From Pikeienuella sp. (GTDB lineage Bacteria; Pseudomonadota; Alphaproteobacteria; Rhodobacterales; Rhodobacteraceae): a stretch of DNA of 64,000 nt. This document shows positions 37,332 to 47,687 of the stretch, piece after piece. Position 1 is the stretch's first letter, and the number at the start of each line of letters is the position of its first letter. The translations under genes and the position numbers were made by a program. The DNA is taken from the NCBI GenBank assembly GCA_049600095.1, contig JBMYPG010000003.1, positions 3,065 to 67,064 on the forward strand, given 5' to 3'. The notes below the pieces were generated by a model, which saw only the letters and a program-made list of their open reading frames with translations, was not told the DNA's origin and ran no database searches.

Positions 37332-39176
37332 TTAGGCTGAGTCCAACTCTTCTTTCATCGCCTCAAGTTCCAGCCACTCTTCTTCGGCATTATCCAAAGC
37401 GGTCTTCCGCTCGTCCAATGCCTCGCTGGCTTTCGCAAACTTTCCGGGTGATTTTGTGAACAACTCTGGGTCAGCCAGAAATTCTTCCAGCTTGCTGATC
37501 TCCGCCGAAAGCTTGTCCATTTCACCGGGCAGCAGATCAAGCCGCCGTGTTTGAGCGTAAGACATTTTTGTCTTTGCCTTCGCAGCGGGCTGATCTTTAT
37601 CCGCCTTGGCTGGCTGCTTGCTTTCACCAGATCGCGTAGATTTTCCGATTTCGGCTGTCGCACCAGCCAATTGGCGTTGGGTTTGATAGTCGGTCCAACC
37701 ACCGGCGTATTCAACAGCTGAACCGTCCCCCTCCATCGCGATGACAGAGGTTGCGACCCGATCCAGAAAATCCCGGTCATGGCTGACCAGCAGGACGGTG
37801 CCGTCATAATCCGCCAGCAGTTCCTGCAACAGATCAAGTGTTTCAATGTCGAGGTCGTTGGTTGGCTCATCGAGCACCAGCAGATTGCTTTCGCGTGCCA
37901 TGATACCTGCAAGCAACAGGCGGGCTTTTTCGCCACCAGACAGCGCCCGAACTGGGCCGCGTGCCTGACCCTCGTCAAATAAGAATGATTTCAGATAGCC
38001 AACCACATGTTGCGGCCGCCCACGTACCATCACCTGATCATTCCCGCCGCTAACGCGGGTCATCTTATCTTCGGTCAGAGTTTCCCAAAGCGAAACATCC
38101 GGGTCCAATACGGAACGGTTCTGGTCAAACCGCGCGACCTCTAGTTTTGAACCAAGTCGAACGGTGCCTTCGTCTGGTGCCAACGAACCGGTCAGAATAT
38201 TTAGCAGGGTAGTTTTGCCAGCACCATTTGGACCGACCAGCGCAATGCGGTCACCCCGACCGATACGGGTAGAGAACGGCTCTATAACAGTGCGGTCGCC
38301 AAAGGTTTTGGATACGCCTTTGGCTTCGATAACCAATTTACCAGACGAAGAACCGGAGCTAAGCGCCATCGCCGCGCGGCCTGTTTCAGCGATTTGATCT
38401 TTGCGAGTTTGGCGAAGGTCTGCCAAACGCCGCACACGACCCATGTTGCGTTTGCGTCGCGCCGAAATACCTTCGACAGCCCATCGCGCCTCTGCTTTGA
38501 TCAAGCGGTCCAGCTTGTGCCGTTCTGCGCGTTCTTCTTCCATCAACTTGTCGCGCCAATCCTCGAACTCTCCAAACCCTCGCGGTGCACGTTTTGCAGC
38601 GCCCCGATCAATCCAAATTGTGGCACGCGTAAGCCGAGTAAGAAAACGCCGGTCATGGCTGATCAAAACAAAGGCGGTTTTTGTTCCCGCCAATGTCTGC
38701 TCAAGCCATTCAATCGCAGCAATGTCCAAGTGGTTTGTCGGCTCGTCCAGCAACATCAGGTCAGGCGCAGCTGCAAGAACACGCGCCAACGCGGCGCGGC
38801 GACGTTCACCACCGGATGCGGCGGCAGGGTCTAGGTCGCCTTTGACCTCCAACCCCTCCATTGCCATTTCGGCCTTGTAGTGTTCGGCAGGGTCCAGATC
38901 GGCCGCGGCATAGGCAAACAACGTATCGAACCCAGAAAAAACTGGCTCTTGTGGCAGATAGGCGATTCTTGCGCCGGGTTGTACAAACCGGGTGCCGCTA
39001 TCAGGCTCCATCATGCCAGAGATGATTTTCAACAGGGTAGACTTGCCTGCACCATTCCGCCCGACCAGACACAACCGGTCGCCAGCGTTGATGGACAGGC
39101 TAAGGCCAGAGAATAACGAAGCGCCGCCCCAACCAAGGGCAATGTCGTCGAGTGTGAGGATAGGGGGCTGAGCCAT
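37332..39176 (-). CDS. uup: ABC-F family ATPase, Uup-like
   Basis: Two Walker A (GRNGAGKS, GPNGAGKT), two LDEPTN, ARRKRN linker, C-terminal coiled coil EEEWLELE. Confidence 0.88.
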   Translation of the reverse strand: MAQPPILTLDDIALGWGGASLFSGLSLSINAGDRLCLVGRNGAGKSTLLKIISGMMEPDSGTRFVQPGARIAYLPQEPVFSGFDTLFAYAAADLDPAEHYKAEMAMEGLEVKGDLDPAAASGGERRRAALARVLAAAPDLMLLDEPTNHLDIAAIEWLEQTLAGTKTAFVLISHDRRFLTRLTRATIWIDRGAAKRAPRGFGEFEDWRDKLMEEERAERHKLDRLIKAEARWAVEGISARRKRNMGRVRRLADLRQTRKDQIAETGRAAMALSSGSSSGKLVIEAKGVSKTFGDRTVIEPFSTRIGRGDRIALVGPNGAGKTTLLNILTGSLAPDEGTVRLGSKLEVARFDQNRSVLDPDVSLWETLTEDKMTRVSGGNDQVMVRGRPQHVVGYLKSFLFDEGQARGPVRALSGGEKARLLLAGIMARESNLLVLDEPTNDLDIETLDLLQELLADYDGTVLLVSHDRDFLDRVATSVIAMEGDGSAVEYAGGWTDYQTQRQLAGATAEIGKSTRSGESKQPAKADKDQPAAKAKTKMSYAQTRRLDLLPGEMDKLSAEISKLEEFLADPELFTKSPGKFAKASEALDERKTALDNAEEEWLELEAMKEELDSA

Positions 39177-39341
39177 GGCCGCGCCCTAGCTTCCCCTGCG
39201 TCTTTGGTCAAGTGCTGGCTGGTTTCAAACCGCATTGCGATAACACACATCATGGGCAAGCTACGGTTGTGCACACCCTGCGATTGCCTGATGATGCGGC
39301 CAAAGCCAACAGAACAAATACTTCTACCAAGGAAAATCGCC

Positions 39342-40004
39342 ATGCCCGTCTATCGCCACGATATCGAAGTTCCTCGCCTATCTGCTGAACAAATGGCGGA
39401 GTGGGCAGATGTACCAGCGGCTGTTGCCTCTGACTGCCTTGGCCGTGCTGGTGCGATGCATGCTGCAATCAGCCCAATCGCGCCGTCCATGCGGATTGTC
39501 GCGCAGGCGCGCACGGTTGACTGTATGGCAGCAGACAATAGCGCCCTTCATGCCGCAATGAGCGTTTGTGAGCCGGGCGATGTGCTGGTGTGCAATGCGC
39601 AAGCCTATGAGAACCACGCTGTATTTGGTGGCCTTATGACTCGGGCAGCTTTGGACAAGGGCCTTGCTGGGCTGGTGATCGATGGCGCGGTTCGTGACAC
39701 TCAGGAAATTGTTGAGGGTGGCTTTAATGTGTTTTCCCGCGCCGTCACGCCACGTGGTCCGCATAAACTGTTCGGCGGTGTCATTGATGGGGCCATCGCC
39801 TGTGGCGGTGTCGCAGTAAGCGCAGGCGATTTGATAATCGGCGATGCCGATGGCGTCACTGTTGTGCCCTTTGCCAAAGTTGATGAGACGATGGTGGCGG
39901 TGAAGGAAATACTTGCGAAAGAGGAACGCGCGCTTGCATCTCTGGCTGCTGGCGGGACATTGGCTGAGGTTTATGGCGTCCCTGAAATCACGTTGATTCC
40001 GTAG
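39342..40004 (+). CDS. RraA family/HMG aldolase-like protein
   Basis: ADNS.LH, PGDVLV, FGGLM, IDGAVRD, GDLIIGDADGV. Confidence 0.9.
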   Translation: MPVYRHDIEVPRLSAEQMAEWADVPAAVASDCLGRAGAMHAAISPIAPSMRIVAQARTVDCMAADNSALHAAMSVCEPGDVLVCNAQAYENHAVFGGLMTRAALDKGLAGLVIDGAVRDTQEIVEGGFNVFSRAVTPRGPHKLFGGVIDGAIACGGVAVSAGDLIIGDADGVTVVPFAKVDETMVAVKEILAKEERALASLAAGGTLAEVYGVPEITLIP

Positions 40005-40083
40005 GCTGCTTTAATACAGGGCATAGTCTCCCCTTGCGCTCAGTCATCCTTCAGATTTTAACAAAGGCTTGGAGGATTCGACT

Positions 40084-41289
40084 ATGCCCGCATCTGTGCC
40101 CGCGCCGCTTAACCCCGCATTAATCAATGCACTTGCCCCGCCCATTATGGCTGCGGCTGAATGGGTGGCTGGTCGAGAGTTTCCTGCCAGCAAACCTCTG
40201 ATCAACCTCGCGCAGGCAGTGCCGGCTGATCCGCCGCCGCAGATGTTGCGTGATGCGATGGCAGATGCCGTGCTGAATGACCCCGGTGTTCATCTTTATG
40301 GTCCGGTTTTGGGTGACGATGCGCTACGCGATGAAATTAGTGAGCGCTGGTCATCCGCCTATGCTGGCAACATCGCGCAATCCAATGTGGCCGTTACTGC
40401 CGGATGCAATCAGGCGTTTTGCGCTGCAATCGCTTCCGTTGGTGGCGCAGGTGACGAAGTGATCTTGCCGACACCTTGGTATTTTAACCATAAGATGTGG
40501 TTGGATATGGCAGAGATGAAAGCCGTTCCACTGCCCTGTAGTGCTGATTGCCTACCTTCCCCGGAAAAGGCAGCCACGCTGATCACTGACCGGACCAAGG
40601 CAATTGTTTTGGTAACGCCAAATAATCCAACTGGTGCTATCTATTCACCCGTTTTGGTTGCTGAGTTTGCAGAACTGGCAAAGCGGCATGGGCTGGCGCT
40701 GATCATAGACGAAACATATCGCGATTACCTGCCCGGCGATGTCCCCCCTCATGATCAGTTTCAGGATCCCGATTGGGGTGGATATCTGATCCACCTTTAT
40801 AGTTTTTCAAAATTGTTCCGCCTGACGGGCCACCGCACTGGCGCGTTGATTGCCGGCGTTGAACGCGTGGCAGAGATCGAAAAATTCCTCGACACAACGA
40901 CCATCTGTCCACCGCGTCTTGGGCAGGTGGCTGCATTGGCAGGGTTACGTGCTGCGGCACAATTGGCACCAGCGGAGCGTACAGAATTTGGCAATCGGAA
41001 AGCTGTTCTGGTCGAAGAGTTCGAAAAGGGTGTTGGCGACTGGCAACTTTTGAGCGCCGGGGCGTTCTTTGCCTATGTCCGCCATCCCTTTGATACAGAC
41101 TCAGAAACCGTAGCAAAGGCGCTGGTGGCACAAGCATCCTTGCTGTGCCTGCCCGGCCTGATGTTTGCACCCAGTATTTCAGAAGGCGGGGATGGTATGG
41201 CAGAGAAAACCTGCCGAATCGCATTTGCCAATGTTGATGCTGCAAAACTGCGAGAGGTTGCCGCCCGGCTCAGGTCATTTCGACTGTGA
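40084..41289 (+). CDS. PLP-dependent aminotransferase class I/II
   Basis: VTPNNPTG, IDETY, SFSK, TGHRTG. Confidence 0.93.
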   Translation: MPASVPAPLNPALINALAPPIMAAAEWVAGREFPASKPLINLAQAVPADPPPQMLRDAMADAVLNDPGVHLYGPVLGDDALRDEISERWSSAYAGNIAQSNVAVTAGCNQAFCAAIASVGGAGDEVILPTPWYFNHKMWLDMAEMKAVPLPCSADCLPSPEKAATLITDRTKAIVLVTPNNPTGAIYSPVLVAEFAELAKRHGLALIIDETYRDYLPGDVPPHDQFQDPDWGGYLIHLYSFSKLFRLTGHRTGALIAGVERVAEIEKFLDTTTICPPRLGQVAALAGLRAAAQLAPAERTEFGNRKAVLVEEFEKGVGDWQLLSAGAFFAYVRHPFDTDSETVAKALVAQASLLCLPGLMFAPSISEGGDGMAEKTCRIAFANVDAAKLREVAARLRSFRL

Positions 41290-42407
41290 CCGCACTAACT
41301 TATTATGAGTTCTTTTGCGGCGGCGGCATGGCCCGCATCGGGCTTGGCCCCGAATGGCGATGTTTGCTCGCCAATGACATCGACAAAGACAAATGTGCAG
41401 CCTATCGCGCAAATTTCCTTTCCTCAGATGACCTCCTGCAAGCCGATGTCCACGACCTGACGACAGAGGATTTGCCAGATCGCGCTGATCTGGCCTGGGC
41501 CAGTTTCCCCTGTCAGGATCTTTCACTGGCTGGCGCGCGCGGCGGCCTGACGGCTAGACGAAGTGCCGCGTTCTGGGGGTATTGGCAACTAATCGAGGGG
41601 CTTTCTGATGAAGGTCGAGCGCCCCACACATTGGTTATTGAGAATGTCGCCGGATTCGCATCGTCCAAAGGTGGCCGCGATCTGGCGCTCGTATTGGAAG
41701 CACTGTCAGAACGTGGGTATTTCTACGACATCAGAATGATCGATGCGGCTGACTCTCTACCCCAGTCACGCCCTCGTCTATTCATTATCGGTTGGCTGGA
41801 CCAGACAAAGGGCGAAGTACCGCCGACAACGCCATCTATCCTTAAACACGCAGAAAAATGGCTCTCAGCCACCGCGTTGTCCCAACTACGATACCTTGGT
41901 GGTGACCACATTGCGCAGCCCAACGTTAGCTTATCAGCGATCATGTCGGACGCCCCGCTGGACCCGGCAGAGAAAACAGCATCCCTTTTGGCGATGATGG
42001 GGCCAAAGCAGCAATCAAAACTGGCAGAGGCAAAGGCATTGGCCCGAAACACTGGCTCAATTGTCTGGGGCGCGGGCTATCGCCGAATGCGCGGCGCAGA
42101 GCAACGATTTGAAGCCCGTTATGACATCGCTGGTTGCCTGCGCACTGCGGCTGGCGGTTCATCACGACAGTTTGTTCTACGGATCAGCCCCAACGGCGAA
42201 GTTGGCAGCCGAAGGATCACACCAAGAGAGGCCGCACGACTGATGGGCTTGCCCGAAAACTATAAGCTGCCACAGGCTGAAACCACCGCATTTAAACTGC
42301 TGGGTGATGGCGTCGCCGTGCCAGTTGTCAGATATATTGCAGAGAGTCTGTTGAAACCTTTGCTCACGAACGCAACGCCGCTTGAACCGAGTGACGACGG
42401 CGCATAA
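41286..42407 (+). CDS. Orphan C5-cytosine DNA methyltransferase
   Basis: Motif I EFFCGGG, IV SFPCQDLS, VI ENV, VIII QSRPR, IX REAARLMG, X GDGVAVP. Confidence 0.94.
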   Translation: MTALTYYEFFCGGGMARIGLGPEWRCLLANDIDKDKCAAYRANFLSSDDLLQADVHDLTTEDLPDRADLAWASFPCQDLSLAGARGGLTARRSAAFWGYWQLIEGLSDEGRAPHTLVIENVAGFASSKGGRDLALVLEALSERGYFYDIRMIDAADSLPQSRPRLFIIGWLDQTKGEVPPTTPSILKHAEKWLSATALSQLRYLGGDHIAQPNVSLSAIMSDAPLDPAEKTASLLAMMGPKQQSKLAEAKALARNTGSIVWGAGYRRMRGAEQRFEARYDIAGCLRTAAGGSSRQFVLRISPNGEVGSRRITPREAARLMGLPENYKLPQAETTAFKLLGDGVAVPVVRYIAESLLKPLLTNATPLEPSDDGA

Positions 42408-42441
42408 GGTCCGCGCGGCTTATAGGTCTGAGGGTCGTCAA

Positions 42442-44328
42442 ATGCTTGAGTTTATCCGTAGCGCAACTAAATCATGGGTTGCGAAAGCTTTTCTGGGGCT
42501 TCTGGTCGCCAGTTTCGCAGTTTTTGGCATCTCAGATGCATTTCAAGGCGGTGCCGGGTCGGCTGTCATTACCGCGGGCGACCAGTCTGTGTCTGCCCAA
42601 GACTTCGCAAATGCTTATAATCGCGAAATCCAAGGCGCACAGCGCCAGTTTGGCCAGTCAATCGATAGCCAAATGGCAGAGGCACTGGGATTGAACAATC
42701 GCGTTCTGTCACGGCTGGCGGCAGAGGCCACACTTGACCAAACCTCATATGAACTTGGTCTGTCAGCCTCGGATGAAGCAGTAGCCACACAAATTCTTGG
42801 TGACCCAAGTTTTCAGGATGGGGGCAATTTCAGCGATGAACAATATCGCTATTTGCTGGCTCAAAACAGCTTCACCGTCGAAGATTACGAGGATGAAACC
42901 CGCCGATCCATCGCCCGTTCTCAGATTGCCAGCGCTTTGTCACGCGGTGCAGATGCGCCTTTGGGTTCTGGCGAAATTCTGCACGCCTGGCAGCAGGAGC
43001 AGCGGCGTTTTGACTATGTGGTCCTCGACCTTGAAAACCACACAGATGAACCAGTGACACCAAGCGACGCTGACCTGACCGCGTTCTACGAAGAAAATTC
43101 TGAGATGTTCATGGCCGCTGAACAGCGTGATGCTGTTTATTTGCACCTGTCCATTGATCAGATCAGCCAGACCGTTTCAGTTGACGACGAAGAATTACGT
43201 GCCGCTTATGAGGCACGTTCGTCGGAATATAACTTGCCTGAAACCCGCGCGATCTATCAGGTAATCTTCAATGACATGGTGGCGGCGACCGCCGCGGCAG
43301 GGCGCATTTCATCTGGCGAGATATCATTCGACGACCTGCTGGCAGAACGCGGCGAAACACGCGCTGATGTATCGCTGGGCGAACTTACAGCTTCTGAACT
43401 GTCCACTGAAATTGCCAATGCCGCCTTTGCCGCATCCGACACGGGCCTCGTTGGCCCCGTGGACACAGGCTTTGGCGCAGCGTTGCTGGATGTCGCAGCA
43501 ATCACGCCTGCGCAAGAAACACCGTTCGAAGATGCCAAAGACGAACTGGCCGTAGATTTCCGCCGGGATGGCGCGTTGGACATCGCACCGGAACTAGCAG
43601 GAGAGATCGAAGACTTGCGCGCTGGCGGCATGACGTTGGAGGAAGTCGCAGCAGAAATGGGACTGGAGCTTCAGACTGCCAAAGCCGTTGAGTTGACGGG
43701 TGGTGAAGGTTTTGCTTCAGATGAGACGTTTATCAACGAGATTTTCAGCGCCGAAATCGGTGATGAGCGCGACCTCGTTGAAACGGCGGATGGCGGGTAT
43801 TTCGTTCTGCGCCTAGAAGAAGTGAACGAAGCGGCCCTTCGCCCGTTTGAAGATGTACGGGAAATGGCGATTGGCGCCTGGACTGTTACCGAACGCGCCC
43901 GCGCCCTTGGCGACCTTGCCTCCGCTGCGCTTGACCGTGTGAACGAGGGCGAAATGCTGGCGCTGATCGCTGATGAAGCTGGCACGGATATGCTGACCGA
44001 GGGTCCGTTTACCCGCAACGTCCCATGGACCTCGATCACCGCTGAGATGGTGACGGAACTATTCACAAAACCAATGGGCGGCGCTGCCATCGCGCCTGCG
44101 CCGGGTCGCCCTGATGCGGTCGTCATTGCGCAGGTTGTTGGCATCGAAACACCGGAAGCCGGCGATGCATCTGATGCTCAACTTGCAAGCCTGAATGAAC
44201 AGCTTAGCCGTATGGCCGCCGATGATGCGTTGCAGTTATTCCTAACGGCAAAGCAGGAGGAAGTTGGGATTAACATCGATCAGCAACTTCTGGATTCCAT
44301 TCTCACTCAGTCCGGCGGCAACTACTAG
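42442..44328 (+). CDS. ppiD: PpiD-like periplasmic chaperone/peptidyl-prolyl isomerase (SurA N-terminal domain)
   Basis: N-terminal TM (LLVASFAVFGI), acidic 628-aa periplasmic region; located directly before trpE. Confidence 0.85.
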   Translation: MLEFIRSATKSWVAKAFLGLLVASFAVFGISDAFQGGAGSAVITAGDQSVSAQDFANAYNREIQGAQRQFGQSIDSQMAEALGLNNRVLSRLAAEATLDQTSYELGLSASDEAVATQILGDPSFQDGGNFSDEQYRYLLAQNSFTVEDYEDETRRSIARSQIASALSRGADAPLGSGEILHAWQQEQRRFDYVVLDLENHTDEPVTPSDADLTAFYEENSEMFMAAEQRDAVYLHLSIDQISQTVSVDDEELRAAYEARSSEYNLPETRAIYQVIFNDMVAATAAAGRISSGEISFDDLLAERGETRADVSLGELTASELSTEIANAAFAASDTGLVGPVDTGFGAALLDVAAITPAQETPFEDAKDELAVDFRRDGALDIAPELAGEIEDLRAGGMTLEEVAAEMGLELQTAKAVELTGGEGFASDETFINEIFSAEIGDERDLVETADGGYFVLRLEEVNEAALRPFEDVREMAIGAWTVTERARALGDLASAALDRVNEGEMLALIADEAGTDMLTEGPFTRNVPWTSITAEMVTELFTKPMGGAAIAPAPGRPDAVVIAQVVGIETPEAGDASDAQLASLNEQLSRMAADDALQLFLTAKQEEVGINIDQQLLDSILTQSGGNY

Positions 44329-44329
44329 A

Positions 44330-45838
44330 ATGCAGATTTCCCCGACCTTTGCGGACTTCGCGACCAAATACGAAGCTGGCGACAATCAGGTTCTTTACAC
44401 TGTATTGCCAGCAGACTTGGACACTCCAGTTTCATTGATGTTGAAACTGACCGCCGCTGCCAAAGACAGCTTCCTGTTGGAATCAGTAACGGGTGGAGAG
44501 ATCAAGGGCCGCTATTCTGCATTGGGCATGAAGCCGGACCTGATCTGGCGTTGCACGGGGCGTCAGGCGTCAATCAACCGGTCTGCACGGTTTGACCCTG
44601 ATGCTTTCGAAGACGAGACGCTACCGCCGTTGGACAGCCTGCGTGCCCTGCAAAAAGAATCGCGCATCGACCTGCCCGAGGAATTGCCGCCGATTTCTGC
44701 CGGTCTGTTTGGTTTCTTTGGTTATGACATGGTGCGGTTGGCGGAAAATCTGCCGGAACCCAACCCGGACGCACTTGGCCTGCCTGACAGTCTGATGCTG
44801 CGCCCGACCGTTGTGGCGGTGCTGGACGCTGTGAAGGATCAAGTATCGCTAATCGCGCCTGTCTGGGCCGGTTCTGGCCAACCAGCACGTGCTGCCTATG
44901 CACAGGCTGCTGAACGGCTTTCTGATGCCGTTGCATCGCTGGATCGCCCAATTGCCGACGCGCGTGGCAATAACGAAGCAATCGAAATTGGCGAGCCGGT
45001 TTCGAATACCTCGACCGAAGAATACCTCGGCATGGTTAAGCGCGGTAAAGAATACATTGAAGCTGGTGACATTTTTCAGGTTGTTCTGAGCCAGCGCTGG
45101 AAAATGGACTTCCCGCTGCCGCCCTTTAGCTTTTACCGGGCGCTGCGGCGGACCAATCCATCGCCTTATATGTTCTTTTTCAATTTCGGCGACTTCCAGC
45201 TCGCCGGTGCCTCGCCTGAGGTTTTGGTCAAGGTTCGGGATGGTATCGTTACAATCCGCCCGATTGCTGGCACACGCCCGCGTGGCGCAACCACTGCCGA
45301 AGATAAGGCCAATGAGGAAAGCCTGATGGCTGATCCAAAAGAACTGGCCGAACACCTTATGCTGCTTGATTTGGGCCGCAATGACGTTGGCCGGGTTGCC
45401 AAGATTGGCACTGTTGGCCCAACGGCAGAATTCACTATTGAGCGTTACAGCCACGTCATGCACATCGTTTCAAACGTTGAGGGTGAATTGGCCGAAGATC
45501 AGGATGCTCTGTCTGCATTGTTGGCAGGTCTACCTGCCGGAACAGTTTCCGGTGCACCCAAAATTCGGGCAATGGAGATCATTGACGAGTTAGAGAAAGA
45601 AAAGCGCGGCCCTTATGCGGGCGGCGTTGGCCATATCTCTTGCGCTGATGAAATGGACATGTGCATCGCGCTCAGAAGTGCGGTCATCAAGGATGGCTCA
45701 CTATACGTGCAGGCCGGTGGCGGTGTCGTTTATGACAGCGATCCAGAGGCAGAGCGGATGGAAACCATCCACAAGTCTCGCGCAGTCGTACGTGCGGCTG
45801 AGGAAGCAGCAAGCTTTGCCCGCCGGGGCAATTCCTAA
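44330..45838 (+). CDS. trpE: Anthranilate synthase component I
   Basis: FLLESV, GDIFQVVLS, NPSPY, PIAGTRPRG, EHLMLLDLGRND, PAGTVSGAPK. Confidence 0.97.
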   Translation: MQISPTFADFATKYEAGDNQVLYTVLPADLDTPVSLMLKLTAAAKDSFLLESVTGGEIKGRYSALGMKPDLIWRCTGRQASINRSARFDPDAFEDETLPPLDSLRALQKESRIDLPEELPPISAGLFGFFGYDMVRLAENLPEPNPDALGLPDSLMLRPTVVAVLDAVKDQVSLIAPVWAGSGQPARAAYAQAAERLSDAVASLDRPIADARGNNEAIEIGEPVSNTSTEEYLGMVKRGKEYIEAGDIFQVVLSQRWKMDFPLPPFSFYRALRRTNPSPYMFFFNFGDFQLAGASPEVLVKVRDGIVTIRPIAGTRPRGATTAEDKANEESLMADPKELAEHLMLLDLGRNDVGRVAKIGTVGPTAEFTIERYSHVMHIVSNVEGELAEDQDALSALLAGLPAGTVSGAPKIRAMEIIDELEKEKRGPYAGGVGHISCADEMDMCIALRSAVIKDGSLYVQAGGGVVYDSDPEAERMETIHKSRAVVRAAEEAASFARRGNS

Positions 45839-45859
45839 ACGCCTAGCAATCTGAAATAG

Positions 45860-45892
45860 GCGAAGCTAGGTTTCAACAGCTTCGCACTTTTA
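45860..45892 (+). terminator. Terminator between convergent trpE and the deacetylase gene
   Basis: GCGAAGCT-N10-AGCTTCGC followed by ACTTTTA. Confidence 0.6.
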
Positions 45893-45906
45893 TTGTCAGG
45901 GCGTGA

Positions 45907-46980
45907 TCAGCGCTGCAATCGCCGCACAACCTCAGATAATGGCGCGATTTTCACTGATTTTCCGGCTTTTACATTCAACCAGCGGCGCAGGCCGGTGATG
46001 ATTGATGGATCAGCGCGACCAACAACGACATATGCCCCGGTACGTTGCGCATCGAATGCGGCACGCTCTAACGCCTGAAACACCATTGCACTGCTGGTGA
46101 TTTCGTCAAACCGCCGACCAACTGCTGCCGCAGGCAGATTGGCTTGTTTCGCAGTCCGGAATATCGGCGAAGCAATATCAACGCTCGCGTCAATAATCGC
46201 CATACCACGCGGCCCTAACGCTGTAAGCAAGCCGTTAATTTCGGTGACATTTGCCAGCGATCCCGCCGGAGCCGCAACGCCAATGACCTCGCCCATACGG
46301 TCCAAGGTCACAGCGGCACGTGCCGCAATTTCATCTGGTGTTGCGCCATTGAACTCTGCAATTGAAGCAATAGCCTCAAAACCGCTGCGCCTTGTATCGG
46401 CGACCAGTGACCGTAGGTCTGCTGAACCCGAATCAATCGAGATTGTCAGCGGTGCGGGCAACAAAAATAACTCATCTGTCGGTCGGCCATTCGCACCTAC
46501 GCCGTCCAATATAATGGCCAAGACCGGCTCATTCGGGTCACCATCGTATAATTCGCCATACTGAATGAGAGCATTCGATGCTGGTTCGCCCGGTGCTAGC
46601 GCCTGGGCGGGTGTCGTGTCTGGTGCGGGTTGAACCGTTGGGGCCGGTGTTTGGGTGCTGTTTTGTGGTGACGCGATACTTGGTGTTGGTTGCGCCGATG
46701 AAGCAGCACCTGTCACGGTGGTCGTAGAAGGCGGATTCGTTACCACTGGCTGCGTTACAACGGGCACTGGCGCCGGTTCATTCTCTACAGCGGGAGAAGG
46801 CGTCGTCGCTGCGGTAGGCGATGGCGTTACCGGTTGCGCAGAGGTATTCTGCGTAACATCCGGCACGGTTGCTTGCGTCGGTGCATAGACAGACAGCGCG
46901 CCGACAACGGCAACTGAAATGAACAGACCGAACACTGCCCCTAAAAAATAGGCACCACGCCCTGAGTTGGAACCGGCCAT
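45907..46980 (-). CDS. Divergent polysaccharide deacetylase family protein with Pro/Thr-rich linker
   Basis: PVLAIILDGVG, LPAPLTISID, LERAAFDA...G.YVVVG, KIAPLS. Confidence 0.8.
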   Translation of the reverse strand: MAGSNSGRGAYFLGAVFGLFISVAVVGALSVYAPTQATVPDVTQNTSAQPVTPSPTAATTPSPAVENEPAPVPVVTQPVVTNPPSTTTVTGAASSAQPTPSIASPQNSTQTPAPTVQPAPDTTPAQALAPGEPASNALIQYGELYDGDPNEPVLAIILDGVGANGRPTDELFLLPAPLTISIDSGSADLRSLVADTRRSGFEAIASIAEFNGATPDEIAARAAVTLDRMGEVIGVAAPAGSLANVTEINGLLTALGPRGMAIIDASVDIASPIFRTAKQANLPAAAVGRRFDEITSSAMVFQALERAAFDAQRTGAYVVVGRADPSIITGLRRWLNVKAGKSVKIAPLSEVVRRLQR

Positions 46981-47111
46981 AATTGCTTCCTTCGACACAA
47001 ACGCCACGCAGCGCGGGTTGACCTTATCGCGCCTCTCGACGCATTTATATGCCTGATCACTGGGCGGGGGGCAAATCGCCTTTGCAGTGAATATGCAGGA
47101 TGCGGAAGAAA

Positions 47112-47687
47112 ATGCTGTTACTGATCGATAACTACGACAGTTTCACCTATAATTTGGTCCATTACTTGGGTGAATTAGGGGCCGAAACGGTCGTTAAGCG
47201 CAATGATGCACTCAGCGTCGAAGACGCATTGGCCATGGGCGCTGACGCGATTGTCATCTCTCCGGGACCTGCTACGCCGGATGAGGCGGGAATTTGTTTG
47301 GACCTTGTGCGCGCGGCACCCGAGGAATTGCCGATATTAGGCGTATGCCTTGGCCATCAGACAATCGGGCAGGCCTTTGGTGGAACGGTCAAGCGTTGCC
47401 ACGAAATTATGCATGGCAAACTTTCGCCGATCAGCCACCAGAATTCAGGTGTGTTTCACGGCGCGCCCTCTGAATTTAACGTCACCCGTTATCACAGCTT
47501 GATCGTTGAACGTGAAACACTGCCTGACTGCCTATCAATCACAGCCGAAACGGACGACGGTGTGATCATGGGGCTCAGCCACAAATCCCGACCAATCCAC
47601 GGCGTGCAGTTTCATCCAGAGAGCATCGCCTCCGAACACGGCAAGCACCTGCTGCAAAACTTTCTGAAATTGGCGGAGGCTGCATAA
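47112..47687 (+). CDS. trpG: Anthranilate synthase component II
   Basis: [32 protein letters not shown]. Confidence 0.95.
   Translation: MLLLIDNYDSFTYNLVHYLGELGAETVVKRNDALSVEDALAMGADAIVISPGPATPDEAGICLDLVRAAPEELPILGVCLGHQTIGQAFGGTVKRCHEIMHGKLSPISHQNSGVFHGAPSEFNVTRYHSLIVERETLPDCLSITAETDDGVIMGLSHKSRPIHGVQFHPESIASEHGKHLLQNFLKLAEAA

Noticed and set aside
37355-37978. 207-aa same-strand alternative-frame ORF inside the ABC-F gene
   Set aside because: No motif, and the host gene is intact
46600-46880. Repetitive-looking Pro/Thr/Ala-coding stretch
   Set aside because: Low-complexity protein linker, not a DNA repeat array
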